Positions 13,125-25,269 are shown, counted from the first letter of the whole stretch. The stretch: DNA of 57,639 nt, filler included, from Sphacelaria rigidula (GCA_964200075.2; 6 parts of 6 records of this genome joined end to end with filler, not necessarily neighbours in it), one strand, 5' to 3'. Program-made: numbers and translations. The notes: a model not told the origin generated them from the sequence alone.

Positions 13125-14459
13125 CAATCGTAGGATCACTCGGCCTCATCCGCTTGAAAGAGAGTTTGCGCATGGGAACTCGCACGGTGAAGGTACCGGG
13201 TCGGATAACAAGCGAAAGCTGACTTCGGCAAGTCACAGGTAGGGGCGAACATATGTGACAAACAAACCATACTACGCGGTGATGAGAAGCCCCCAAAGAA
13301 GCGAGTACAGTCATTTGCAAGAGGAACGGCGAGGACTGCGACACTGGAGCCCTTCTGAACGTGAATTCACATGTTCACTTGAGATTGAGTAGCCTGAGGT
13401 CTCCCAAGCGTAGACACCCACGACGCACTGGGACCAAACCACGAATAAGCTAAAAAACAACGATAAAAGAAAACTCGATTCCGTCAAGAAAGCTCCCTGA
13501 TCAATAAAGAAGATGAATAGATATTCACTTTTCATCTTGCGAAATGTTTCCTGTACGTGGGTGCGGATGCGGGTGCGGGTAGGGGTGGGGGGGGTGGGGG
13601 GGGGTGGGACTACGCCACCCTTTCGCAAGAATAACACGCTTATTTTACACAACCCACGATGGAATACTTAGCCTGATACATCGATATGGTTTCGAGATTA
13701 GGCCGAGGACCTTGTGTTTCAACTTATGGTCAAATCGCGCTCGCAGGTGTAGCGCAAGCTGCAACAACCCAGGGGTCGAATGTAGTACTACAGTATCAAG
13801 CACGTACTGAACATTGCCAACAGACAGGGGGGTTCTTGAAACTACGAGAAAACCGCAACTTGCTACAAGACATGCTTCCGGGACAGGTATGCCGCCCGTG
13901 TCTCCCACGCGCGAAGCCGTCAGATCCAAGCAATGAATCCATCACACAGGTCAACACTGCTGCCGTGCTGTACCAAGAGGAAGAAAACGTTGGTAGGCCT
14001 TGGTACGGGATAAGGAGTGAGCAGAGCAAAAACATCCGAAACAAAAGCAGCATCCAACGCGCCCCGCCATGTCCGATACCACCCTCGTTATCCAATACGG
14101 TATCGCTGTTGTCAATTTCCGAGGAATCGATGTTCTTCGTCTCTTGGGGGTACCGCAAATATATGACTCGAAATATGCTCGAACCTTCGAGTCTTGGCTG
14201 CAATACTCATCTTGGCACTGATCCATGTTCACGAACCATCTCCCCGACCCCCCTCCCCTCGCTTCCCCACACATTAAGTCGGCAAAAACAACACCAACGC
14301 TCTTCTTGACGTTCTACTTGTAAATTATACAGCACAAAACACGCTCCGAATCAACTCAGCATGTACCTTCCATACTGTGCATGCCATCATCACCCGCCCC
14401 GCGGCACCCCCGTCCACCGCCCGCTGTCGCGCCTCAGCGACTATTTTTTCAAGCATATA

Positions 14460-14597
14460 CTATGGAGAGGCGGGGTGAGCCTGTAGCTTCTTCCCTAGTG
14501 GATTGACGTCCAAGGACTCCAACGCATCAGCCGGGAAAAGCTCGCACTGCGCCTTCTGCTGCATCAACGCGTCGGCCAGGACCAAAGCGACCATGGC
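14460..14597 (-). CDS. aroC: Chorismate synthase, last exon
   Basis: Acceptor CAG at 14598-14600. Translates AMVALVLADALMQQKAQCELFPADALESLDVNPLGKKLQAHPASP*, matching the plant/algal chorismate synthase C-terminus. Confidence 0.92.
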   Translation of the reverse strand, partial: AMVALVLADALMQQKAQCELFPADALESLDVNPLGKKLQAHPASP

Positions 14598-14849
14598 CTG
14601 CATGAACGAAATTCAGTAGGAAGATGGACAAGAGTGATCGGATCACGGACGGATGTGAAGCGCTAGCACACGAAGGAAAGAATGGGCCGGTTCGACGGAT
14701 GGGTAGATGGTGTACGGTAGAGTTTACGTCACTTGGTGGTTAAACTCCATCGTTCAACAAGTACTTGGTTTCAGCGTCGAATATCATATTCCGATACTCT
14801 CGGGGCTGACAAAACCAGGTGCTGGGCAGTGGGCGTAGGGCGCGCTTTT

Positions 14850-14996
14850 GCTCAGATCAGCGCCCGTATGTGCAGCGCCGATTTTAGCTCTATCAGCACA
14901 GACTTTACCCCCACGGCACAGTACGTACTCCGTCGCCCGAGGGCTGTCAGGCTGACTCAGGTTGGTGTCACGGGTTAGGGGTGAGTTTAGGGTTGA
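14850..14996. repeat. Dispersed repeat carrying TTAGGG-like units
   Basis: Weak inverted similarity to 16805-16930 (shared ATC.GCGCC, GCCCGAGGG and GGGTTAGGG blocks). Confidence 0.45.
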
Positions 14997-15306
14997 ACAA
15001 AAACGAAGTATGTCTCAGTCTCAGCGATGGATTTCACGACCAACTCACGGGAACGTACCTCATGGTGTGAGTGGAAATGGATTCATGATCGGAGGGTGAA
15101 CGAGATTAAAAAAAAAAAGTGGATGAAGGCATGCGGCATGCACAAAATGTATAAACGCATGTAGACAGCATCGTCTCTGGGGACACGACCAACTTTATCA
15201 CCCCTTTGCTTGTCCCGTAGCATGGTACATTGCGTGCTGTACACAGGGACACAGTACAACAACCCCTCTACTAAATTCAATGCCCACATTAAACACGAAT
15301 ACGCAC

Positions 15307-15435
15307 CTCAACCATGGGTGCCGCCCTAGGCAGCACGCAGGGGTCGTGCCGACCCTTTCCTCGCATGGTTGTCTCCTCTCCCTCCCTTGTCACGGTATTC
15401 TGGATCTGCCCGATCGTAGATGTCGGCTTGAAAGC
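15307..15435 (-). CDS. aroC: Chorismate synthase, penultimate exon
   Basis: CAG acceptor, GTGCGT donor, 129 nt in phase 0: [43 protein letters not shown], containing the FKP and GRHDPCV.PRA signature motifs. No upstream exons found on this contig. Confidence 0.96.
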
Positions 15436-15901
15436 CTGGTTGCGATGGCAATAGATACGGCACAACCACGCGTTCCTAGGTCAACGTCTGCACAGGCTAA
15501 GAACGGCGAGAGAATCGATTATGATGAGCAACGTGGCTCAAGGTTGAGCTGCATCCTGCCAAGAATATTCGGCCCGAAGCGTGCGGATTGCGTTGCATGT
15601 AGATGACAACTTCGAATAAGTTGCTTTGTTTTCTGGTATCGGCACTTGCAGAGATAGCCACGGGTTACACACTGTATCATGAGTGTTTCACCATAGGCGT
15701 AGGGGCGGTATCCATTTGTTGCTTGCCTCAGTCGTTCGACCATGGGCCGCACATCCCTTTCGAGACGGAGGACCGTTCCTACTCCTAATAGAGACATCTC
15801 CAACATTTGGGAGCTCATTACGCTTCTTCCGTACATTACACAAAACCACAGGCACCGTAGGAAAGGTAGGTACCCGTTACCGGTTTTCGGGACATGTCAC
15901 A

Positions 15902-16196
15902 CCTACGATACCTACGTTACCACGGTATTTCGAGATACCAGTACCTACCGTACCCCCTCAATCGGGTATTTTCAAATGTCATGCTTACGATACCTACGAT
16001 ACCACGGTATTTCGAGATTTCAGTACCTACCGTACCCACTCAATCGGGTATTTTCAAATGTCATGCCTACGATACCTACGATACCACGGTATTTCGAAAT
16101 TTCAGTACCTACCGTACCCGCTCAATCGGGTATTTTGAAAACTCTCACCTACGATACCCACGCATACCACGGTATGGGATACCCCGGTAAATACCG
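15902..16196 (+). repeat. 82-bp tandem array (about 3.5 units), subterminal in the TIR element
   Basis: Units start at 15902, 15984, 16066 and 16148 (CCTACGATACCTACGATACCACGGTATTTCGAG...). Confidence 0.95.
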
Positions 16197-17245
16197 GACG
16201 CGATGCACTCTCGACGGTGCAGCAGCTGGTCCCAACTTACGCAAAGGCCAGAAGTTCTCGGAGCAGGTACGTCTTGTTTTCACAAGTAATATTTACTCAG
16301 ATTTCCCCCTGATTTTCGCGCTTGTATCTGTTCGAATGAACCATGGGAACTCCATCCAACTCATTCTCAGCTACCACCGCAACCCTGCAGCATCGAGTAC
16401 CAGTTGAGCATAGGGATAGATACACTGCAGTAGTTGGGTATGCTTTTTTTTATATTTTGTTGCTCATCTTGTTCCGTGGTAGGATCAGCGACGGGACTGC
16501 GTGGTGCCGTGGGCAACCGAGTTGCGCACACCCTCATGGACAGTGCAGGCAGTAAGTACAAAGCTGCACGTTGTCGAAGTCCTTTTCGCATCGCATTGTA
16601 AGCAGGAAAAACTTTTAGTCCCGGGCTGTCTGCGCTGCACGTTGCCCGCTTCTCAAGATCCTACCTTACGAAACACGACGCACACACGCACTCACGACAC
16701 GCTGCTCGAGAGCAGTGCAGATAGTACAGGCTGTCTGTAGGAGGCGACCTGAGGTTTTGGTCGTATATTTATGGTTGATTTTTTCGAACAAATCAACAAT
16801 AACACTGACCCTAACCCTAACCCCGACCCAAGGCGTACGAGACCCTCGGGCAAGGGATGTGCATAGGTTCCCCTAGGCAAAGTATGCGTTGGCAGGCCTG
16901 AAATCAACGCCGCAGGCGCCGATTTCGACTAAAACGCATTCTGGACGAGCTGGGTCCACTGCTCACCTGTCTCAAACCATATATAATTCCCAAAACTTTC
17001 TCAATTCTAAAAACAAGTAGTCATTTCGTCAACCATAGATACACGACCAAAGCTTTAGGTCTACTGGTCTGTACTGCACACGAGTGACCACGTACCGTTT
17101 CACGAATTTCCCTGTCTTTTTTCGGTCGAAAGCTTGAAATTTGCTTGGACTCAACTCGACGAAAATGAGCGATTTTCGCTCGAATCGATTCCACCGTCCC
17201 ATTTTTCCGATCGAAAAAAAAAGTGTCAAGGCCGTGTCTTTTTCA

Positions 17246-17435
17246 GGGCGTGTCTTCAGCACATCATTCCCAAATCGAAAATATGCGGTGGAAAAGGAAA
17301 ACTTCGGTCTGACAGGTGGTAATTTCAACCATCGTCAGTTATGTTGAAGATGGTTGAAATTACAACCTATAATATCGGGATTTTTGTTTTCCACCGCACT
17401 TTTTCGATCTACAACTAATGTGCTAAAACACGCCC
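17246..17435. mobile_element. Tourist/PIF-like MITE nested in the cargo
   Basis: Long imperfect inverted repeats GGGCGTGT.TT.AGCACAT...GCGGTGGAAAA / TTTTCCACCGCA...ATGTGCTAAAACACGCCC, flanked by TCA and TAA. Confidence 0.55.
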
Positions 17436-17554
17436 TAAGTCACGCCCTGAAACGCTTCTCCGCACTGCCGGATGACAGTTTTGACGTCGTTGTAGAGGGT
17501 GTGGCAGGTACCCGGTATGGGTATTTGTGGGACATCGCATACCCTACTGATGCC

Positions 17555-17870
17555 GACCCAATCGGGTACTTTCAAATGCCATACCTACGATACCTACGAT
17601 ACTATGGTATCTCGAGATACCAGTACCTACCGTACCTGCCCAATCGGGTATTTTCGAATGCCATACCTACGATACCACGGGATTTCGATATACCAGTACC
17701 TACCGTGCCCGCTCAATCAGGTATTTTCAAAACTCATACCTACGATACCTACGGTACCACGGTATTTCGAGATTTCAATACCTACCGTACCCGCTCAGTC
17801 AGGTATTTCCAAAACTCATTTCGACGGCACCCACGCATACCACGGTACGAGATACCCCGGTAAATACCGT
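17555..17870 (+). repeat. Second array of the same about 82-bp unit, same orientation
   Basis: Same motifs as 15902-16196 and the same end block GATACCCCGGTAAATACCG. Confidence 0.9.
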
Positions 17871-19089
17871 GGGTACGCTCGGTGTGGTACCTTACCTACG
17901 GTTCCCGTGCACAAAACCCTTCCACATATCTTATCCCCGTTTTGTTCCACCGTCTGTGGCCACCATCTATCTCCTAGCATAGCCTCGTTTTCTCCCTACT
18001 GCCCGATGCATCAAACGATTCCATGTCACCTTCGCTTACTTCCTGCCTTTCCCCCTCTAGCACGTCCCGTTCCTCCTTGTATAGTTTCTTCTGCCACTAA
18101 GTGGGTCGCACTCTATTCCTCCGCCACAGGGGCAACTCTGTGCATCTACTTCCTCCTCCACTCGACTCCTGGCATATCCCTCTTTCTGCCAGGTCTAGGT
18201 CCCCCACCCGAAATCGCAGTTTCAATTTTTTCGCCGCGTCCATTGGGTCATGCAGATATGTTTTATCCTTATCCCCTCTCTCAAGCCCCCGTACATCTTC
18301 AGATAATCTTCATCGTCTAGTTTACGCCTTAGCGTTTCTTCTTCCCTCAAATCCATCATGCTTCTTACTTCTGTCTTGTGCCCCTTGCCTTCGCCTATGA
18401 ACATTATCTCGTCTTTGTTTCCTCCTATCTCCTTCCATACTTTCTCGACTACGCTATCCCACCTTATTTCAGCCTGCCCTTTCGCTACTTTCTTCTACAC
18501 AGCCCTATCAACTTCGGCTGGCAATCTCTTGCTCTGCATGCCCTTCACGCTATATTGCCATCGCAATTTTCTTTTGTCTCTGTTCAAAGTGGGTATATTC
18601 TCAGCTCTGCTCTCAATGCTGTATTACTCGTCGTTTTCGAGCATTCAAGTATTTTCTTAGCTGTTGTCATCTGCACTGTTTCCAGCTTCTGCACCAGCTT
18701 CGCGTTCCCCTCCCATACTTCTCCCGCATATTCCAGTTTTGGTACAATCACGTTCATTAGAATACATGCCGTAATCCTAGTATCTAGGTGCGAGTCTCTG
18801 AGGATCACGTCCATCCTGCCTGTGCCTGACCCTTTCCTATTTCTTCACCCATGTGTGCACCCCAAGAACAGGTTTTTGATATCTCTACGCCAAGGTATGT
18901 ATACTGGTCTACGATCGGCAGTTCCTCTTCCCTCACTCCAATTTGAACTCTACCGAGTTCTTCTTGCGTTCGTTACACAAAAAGTACCGCGCATTTGTCA
19001 GGGTTCGCTGTCACTCTCCATTTCCCAGTGTATTCTAGCGCCTTGTTCATCTGTTCCTGTGATCCTTCTGGTGTTTATGATATCCCCAT

Positions 19090-19149
19090 GGGGGGGGGGT
19101 GTACTCATGATCATGCATACCATAGTTATCAGACCATCGACCTCGCATC
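19090..19149 (-). mobile_element. 3' end of second LINE subfamily with C10 tail
   Basis: Minus strand ...GATCATGAGTACA+C10; matches 9472-9525. Confidence 0.7.
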
Positions 19150-19249
19150 NNNNNNNNNNNNNNNNNNNNNNNNNNNNNNNNNNNNNNNNNNNNTTAATTA
19201 ATTAANNNNNNNNNNNNNNNNNNNNNNNNNNNNNNNNNNNNNNNNNNNN

Positions 19250-19325
19250 CACCGTTCCTACTCCTGATAGAGCCACCTTCAACATTCCGGCGCTCGTTAC
19301 GTTTCTTCCATACATTACACAAATA
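19250..19325 (-). mobile_element. Short 5'-truncated LINE fragment (3' end lost at contig edge)
   Basis: Matches 15773-15845 and 40220-40303. A G8 run lies at 19334-19341, just beyond the truncation point. Confidence 0.8.
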
Positions 19326-20141
19326 CCCAATGTGGGGGGGGAACGGACGGACGTACGGACGGTTAGTGGGTATTACCTTTGTTGTTATTGACCTCACATG
19401 AAAACCATTCCGACATCTGCGCAGTACTTCTATCTCCGTAGTGGGCATCTGATGCAGACGCCTCCTGTGGCCACAGACTAAACTACCCAAAATGAGGTGA
19501 AAGGAAAAATCAGTGAAAACTAAAATGTGACTCAGAAAAAAATCACCACAGGCACGATACAAACAGAATAAAAATGCTGCTAACCTCATAAGATCCGGTG
19601 CCACAGGCGATCATTCGGAGTCGAATATTCCACACGTTGGACAATATATATATGGTCAATAGATGCAATAGACAAAAAAAAATACTACAAAAAGTATGAG
19701 CCTACTGTACCTATTGCCGGCCGGCAATACGTGCAATAGGTCTATACTTTACGCAGTATTTTTTGTTCATCGCAACCGTTCACCATATAATGTCATGATG
19801 CAGGACGTAATACTTGGTTATCTTCCACCACAGCATCACATCGCATCATATAACATGACAAAACGCAAGCTATCACAATTAATACAGCACACAAAGCAGG
19901 CATGTGATATCAAACAGAATCAGCAACACACACGCGCGCGCGCGCGCGCGCCCGGCAGTATCATCAATATCACGTTTGAAAAAAACAAACATGAAAGTGA
20001 ATAAATCGTGTGACAGTTTATAAAATCTTGAATCCAACCCTCCAAATGACAACAACTGTCTGCAAAGAGGGTGACAAAATCTGTGTTTGGTCCATGTGTG
20101 TACGTACACGCAAAACTGCGGAAACGTCCCTTGTATAGTTA

Positions 20142-20228
20142 CCAACTAAAACTAGTTGTTCAGACAACAACAAAAAGTTATCCAGACAACTAAAGTAGTT
20201 GTTCAGACAACTGAAAGTAGTTTTCCAG
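20142..20228. repeat. Minisatellite, about 22-bp unit x4
   Basis: CAGACAACTAAAGTAGTTGTT-type units. Confidence 0.75.
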
Positions 20229-20559
20229 CGTCACTCGTTAATGGTAGTATCGGTCAACTTTATAGATACATCTGTTTAGGCAACTCTGTAGCGCTCAAAA
20301 CGATCTAGCTCCCGCAGTGAAACGTTCCCTTACTCAGATATATCTCGCACCACTACCTGCGCCGTATATTTCTGGTCTACCTGCGTGAAACAAGAGTAAC
20401 AACTTTCGCAGTCATGTGAAGAACATTCGCGAATCACAAACACACCGATTCACAGCATATAAACACACGACAATCACATAAAAATAAAATAGCGATACAA
20501 GAGAACAAAAAAAACTACAAAGCACACGCTGAGAGGAAGGTGTCGAAAAACCCTCACTA

Positions 20560-21491
20560 CAGTAATTTTCATCTGGAAAAACAGGATATTTTTGTAATTT
20601 TTTCGTCGTCGGCGATTTTACAATGTTATTTTCGCGTGTCACCGCTCATACCAGCGAGCGGTTGATGCCAACGTTTGGGAGTCGGGAGATACTAGGCATC
20701 CGTTCCACATTCCGGAACAAAAATCGTCTCTGCGCTGAATATTGAACGATTTACGAGCTGAGATGACAGGGGGTGTTAAAGGTCGTTTGTGGTCCAAAAC
20801 ACATTTATTTTCGGCTCTAGCGCAATGAATAGGTAAAAATAGTAAATCAAGAATCCGTGGAGTCATTCATGAGGGTGATCGGAATTGGTTCACCCCCGCC
20901 CGTGCTACTACGCAGAGCTCGGTTGGGCAATTTCTGTTTTGGAGTATTTTTCTGAATTTCTTCGTTTAGTATCCGTCCTTGGCGCTTGAAAGTCCTACCG
21001 TCGATAGATACTGGAAAGAGAAGCAGGTCGTGCTCAGAACAAAAACCTTCATTGGTGCTGTCCGGGTGATACGGAGTAGGTATCTTGTTCATCAGGGGGT
21101 GTTATCAACCGTCACTGGTCCCGAAAAACACAGTTTTTCGGCTCTACCGCAACATATAGGTAGAAATTAGAAAAAAAAGTCGATAATTTCCATTTGTTCA
21201 CGAAAACGATTGGGATTGTTTCAATCGAGAAAAAATACTCAAGGGTCAGAACCTAGGGCTGGGTAGTCTCAGGACCCCCGAAAACCGGTCAGCCCGTGAG
21301 TCGTTCAATAATGAGCGCAGATGTAAAATCTAATTTCGGAATATGGAGGGGATGCCTAGTGTGTCCCGATCCCCAACTTTGGGATCGACTTTGCGTTCAC
21401 TGGGATAAGCGGTGGTACACGAAAATACTTTCGAATATCCTTAACTGAGAAAAAAACTACGAAAATCTCCTATTTCAGATGAAAACTACTG
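20560..21491. mobile_element. Non-autonomous Tc1/mariner (pogo-like) element
   Basis: TA|CAGTAATTTTCATCTG...CAGATGAAAACTACTG|TA, with imperfect inverted repeats extending about 45 bp. Confidence 0.75.
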
Positions 21492-21613
21492 TACTGTATC
21501 ACCCCTTCACGATCACAAAACACTACTACAGCCATCCACCATACACACAACTTTTACGTTGTTTGAATGTATGTATCTACGTATGTATCTACGTATGTAC
21601 GTATGTACGTATG

Positions 21614-22158
21614 CAAGGTTGTGTTCTGTAGGGTACGGTTTTCTGTATACCCGGAGTATTTTGCCGGGTATTTACCGTACCCGACAGCCTTGTAAACTCT
21701 GTAAGATTTCCATACCGGTACCCGACACTCCTGTAAACTCCGTTAGACCTTCATACCCGTACCCGATAGTTCTGTGAGTTCTGTAAGCCTCCCGTACCGT
21801 TACCGGGGGGCAACGGTATGCTCTTGATAAGATACCCGGTTGCGGGTACGGTTTTCTGTGCAACCTCCATACCCTACCCGATAGTTTCCGTGAGTTCTGT
21901 AAGCCTCCGATACCCTTACCCGACAGTTCTGCGAGTTCTGTACAAAACTTTACCCTAACCCGAGGGGCGGGTATGCGCTAAAAGAGTTACCCGATTGCCG
22001 ATACCGGTTTTCTGTTAAGCCTTCCATACCGTACCCGACAAGTCCTGTACTTCTGTAAGACTTGAATACCGGTACTCGACAGTTCTGTAAGTTCTGTAAG
22101 TTCTGTAAGGAATCTCATACCCTACAGAACGTACCGTACCTTACAGAACACAATCTTG
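21614..22158. mobile_element. P-like MITE, family B
   Basis: TIR CAAGGTTGTGTTCTGTAGGGTACGG / CCGTACCTTACAGAACACAATCTTG, TSD TACGTATG/CACGTATG inside a TACGTATG microsatellite. Internal TACCCGACAGTTCTGTAAG subrepeats. Confidence 0.88.
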
Positions 22159-22393
22159 CACGTATGTACGTATGGATTGAGTGATTGATAGACTGATTGT
22201 CGCACGTTAACTGATCCCGGAGGAGCCCAGTTGTGGTCATTCTCCACAAGATGAACGTAACCAGGCAAGGTGGAAGAAATGGAAACGATATTTAGCTGAA
22301 AAAAAAGAGAAGAGAAAGGAAGAAGAAAAAGAAACTAAAAGGATGCAACAAACAAACGAAGTAAACTGAAGAACTTAAAAACGTTGAGAACTA

Positions 22394-23173
22394 CTTCCTC
22401 TATCCCACAAGAGAAGCCCGTTTGGAAAATCTCATTGGATAAGCCCGTGGTGAAATATTGCGATAATGTACCCAGTACAGTTGTTTTCGACTCACGGACC
22501 TCCGACATGTCTTCCACATATGGTTGCCATCATGTAAATATATATATATATATATCCCCAGGGGATCACATGTTATCATCCCCGGCGTAAAAAATCACAA
22601 AGTGGGCTTATGAGGTGAGCTTTTCCGAAAAAGAGCCAGAGTTTTGGCAGAACTTTGGCGCAATGTGCTATACGGGGGGTACAAAGAACCTTTTTTTCGA
22701 TGCTCAGACCCACAGTAGTGTGTTTCGACGTGTTGGGGACATGTGTGAGAACAAGAAGATCCTCAAGACACGGGGACAATATCATATTGTCCCCGGGATG
22801 GGCGCGTATACCCCCGAATCCGGTATGTACGGACTGCTGCGTGCTCAAATAGTGCTGTGGTGGCGGCAAACTGAAAAATGACGGTTTCGAAAGGTTCTCC
22901 GAAAACGCCTCGGGAACCATGAAAAAAACGTTTCTCCAAAAATTGATGGGAAGGCTGTCAATCGGTAGATTCCGGTTATGCGCGACCGACACACTCTGAT
23001 CGCCGTGAGTGTAGCTGCTTGTCTACTTGGGGCTCGGCAAAAGCCTCGGTTTTGAGCTCTGCTCCAAAACTTCACGGGAACAACAACAACAAAAACGCTC
23101 GGGAAAAGCGGAACATACGCACGAGAAATGCGGCAAAACCTCCAAACGGGCTTATCTTGCGGGACAGAGGAAG
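22394..23173. mobile_element. Stowaway-like Tc1/mariner MITE in a DENR intron
   Basis: TA|CTTCCTCTATCCCACAAGAGAAGCCCGTTTGGA ... TCCAAACGGGCTTATCTTGCGGGACAGAGGAAG|TA. Contains a nested inverted-repeat pair at about 22557-22798. Confidence 0.8.
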
Positions 23174-23207
23174 TAGTATAATAATCGTAATGGGACAAAG
23201 CACTCGC

Positions 23208-23334
23208 CGGGGAAGGTGTCGAGACCCCCGACGACCGTGACGAACTTGCGCCTGTTTCTTGACAACCTCCCGATCACCACTCGCTGCTCCCCTCCCCCGC
23301 CTCCTTTCTTTCCCCCGGCCTTGGCAATCCTCAC
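23208..23334 (-). CDS. DENR: DENR/Tma22 (SUI1-domain translation reinitiation factor) internal exon
   Basis: Acceptor TTCCTTATAG. Translation VRIAKAGGKKGGGGGEQRVVIGRLSRNRRKFVTVVGGLDTFP matches the start of the DENR SUI1 domain (V.I....R.K.K.VT.V.GL.TF). Donor G|GCGAGT. Confidence 0.8.
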
Positions 23335-23951
23335 CTATAAGGAAATCAAGTGACAGGAATAAAGTACTCAGTCTTCCGGGCGGGACGTGAGCATGTTGGT
23401 GATGCTTTCTTTTCGTCCGCCAAGTATCCAGTCTTCCGGGCGGGACACGTACGTGCTGGCGATATGTATAATAATGATATTAAAACAAAGAAAAAAGTAA
23501 CAACAACAACAACAACAACCTCCTGCTCCCGACGTTGCTGTTCCCGCATCGGGTTCAACCCTCTCACAACACATAGGCTGCAAACATGCCATCTTGGCCC
23601 CTGACCGTAGGGGAACAAGTTATTATTGACAGTGCGAGACATATTTCCATATTTGCCCTTCCCGAGGACATAAAAATCTGCCTAAAACTATAGTTGGAAA
23701 GAACGCATGTTCGGTTCCCGCCAGTTGCGCTGGGGTTTCTTCTCGAGAGAATGAGTTGTACAGTAGTACCTCCCGTTCAATCTAGGATATTTGGTCATTC
23801 CTGGTCATTCCTTCGCAATTAGATTGGCGATTTTCTTGGGTTCTTTCGCTTGCCACCGCTCATCTCATTCAGGATCTGAATATACTAGTATCCGCTCCAG
23901 ATTCCAAGAAAAAAAAGCTCCATCTTTATTCAAATATTGAGTGACTTGTAG

Positions 23952-24752
23952 CCACCGCGCCCCGGTGGTGTAATGGTCCGACTGTCGCCATTAGGGTGGA
24001 GAGAACGAGGGTTCGATTCCCGATGCGTTGGATTTTTTCTTCGTAACATCTGATTTCCAAGGGCATGTCGAGTAGAGTATACTCAATACTCAGTATTTTC
24101 GAAGAGTCATACTCTTAGTACTCAAAATTTGAGTAGAGTATTTGAGGTCGTACTCGACCTGGTCCAAAATTAGGTGAAGTAATGAGGTCATACCCAAGTG
24201 AGACTCTATACTCAAGTATTACTAAGAGTGCTTACTCAATCTTTGAGTAGAGTATTGGCGGTCGTACTCGATCTACTCAAAAATTGAGTAGAGTATTGGA
24301 GGTTGTGCTCGATCTACTCAAACTTTGAGTAGAGTATTGGATGCCGTACCCGACCTACTCAAAATTCGAGTAGCGTATTGGAGGCCGTCCCCAACCTACT
24401 CAATATTTGAGTAGAGTATTTGAGGCCGTACTCGACCCACTCAAAAATTGACACAAGTAAACACTCGGGTACTCTACTCGAGGACTCGAAAGTACATACT
24501 CTACTCGACCTGCCCTTGCTGATTTCCCGTGGTGGAAAGCGTGAGAACGTGAGTAAACAAAGTATTAATAGTCGACTGAGTTTGTTTGACGTGAGTTGAC
24601 GCGGTTCGGGAGTGTTGGTCATGATCCAATCCGCGAGATCAAAATGCAAGGCGTGTACCGGGGGAGAGATGGGTTGATCCTTTGGGACCACGGACTCGTC
24701 CCGAGCAAGTGGAGGGCTTCAAAGTGCGACAAATAAAATAAAAATAAAAAAT
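23952..24752 (+). mobile_element. tRNA-derived SINE interrupted by a P-like MITE
   Basis: A-box TGGTGTAATGG (23966-23976), B-box GGTTCGATTCC (24010-24020). Body 24600-24710 recurs at about 27048-27182. AAAAT-repeat tail at 24730-24752. Confidence 0.65.
24058..24518. mobile_element. P-like MITE, family C, with internal 41-bp tandem array
   Basis: TIR CAAGGGCATGTCGAGTAGAGTAT / ATACTCTACTCGACCTGCCCTTG, perfect TSD CTGATTTC (24050-24057, 24519-24526). Repeat units at 24233, 24274, 24315, 24356, 24397 and 24438. Confidence 0.95.
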
Positions 24753-25269
24753 AGGGCTGACCGGTCACCGGGGGTCTTCAAAGTATCTGAGTTCCACGGT
24801 TGAAATCGTGAGTACGTCAGTGACAACAAGAGTTTGTTCGATTGAGTTCGCTTGACGAGTGGTGCTACGGTAGGGTGTTCACAAATATTTTCTGAGGTCC
24901 GGAATACTATTAGGAGCCCTGTACAGTTAGAGATGCGAATCGCTCAAAAAACGTATAGGAAATTTTGCCCCAAAAGTGTCCCGGCTCTTCCTGATGGACA
25001 AATCAAGCTAGCCAGTCGGAAACAAGGGATCCGTCCGGTCGGTTCCAAGAGACCCCGGAAAGGCTTTCTGCGCAAACCACACACACTGCCCCAGGTGCAT
25101 CGCTCATTGGCGTACTGATGATTCATCAAGATTTTTCCGACGCAGATGCCCATCCTGGGGGTGACAATAGACGAAGCCGAAATAAAACAGAGAGCAACAA
25201 CAGAGTACAACAACTGTACGAGTAGTACAGTGCGGTACAAAAGCTGTGTGGTACCGTACAGTACAGTAC

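Larger units (their letters stand above)
15847..17909. mobile_element. 2.06-kb non-autonomous P-like TIR element with internal cargo
   Basis: 22-bp TIR CACAGGCACCGTAGGAAAGGTA / CACGGGAACCGTAGGTAAGGTA (19/22). Perfect 8-bp TSD CACAAAAC at 15839-15846 and 17910-17917. Confidence 0.9.
15702..19089 (-). mobile_element. Decayed LINE (RT C-terminus to 3' end) in an aroC intron, split by the 15847-17909 insertion
   Basis: Colinear with 38790-40376 (e.g. MDVILRDSHLDTRIT.CILMN.IVPKLEYAGEVWEG), with multiple stops and frameshifts. The LINE sequence stops at 15846 and resumes at 17910. Confidence 0.9.

Noticed and set aside
13180-13260. GCGAAAGC tetraloop and TGACTTCGGCAAGTCA hairpin suggesting structured RNA
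   Set aside because: Only two short hairpins, with no rRNA, intron or snRNA similarity that I can recognise.
13686-14309. 207-aa plus-strand ORF
   Set aside because: No motif recognised; it lies antisense to the probable aroC 3' UTR.
15683-16407. Long ORFs with repeated peptides (also 17354-18320)
   Set aside because: By-products of the 82-bp tandem arrays and the antisense strand of the LINE.
19396-19464. Candidate next DENR exon
   Set aside because: In the required phase it hits a stop codon and shows no SUI1-domain similarity.
23952-24030. tRNA genes (also 5520-5600 and 51028-51110)
   Set aside because: A/B boxes are present but acceptor and anticodon stems cannot be formed; treated as SINE-like heads.
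24233-24450. Palindromic regularly spaced repeats resembling a CRISPR array
   Set aside because: The intervening segments are similar to each other rather than unique spacers, the array lies within TIRs and a TSD, and there are no cas genes in this eukaryotic context.
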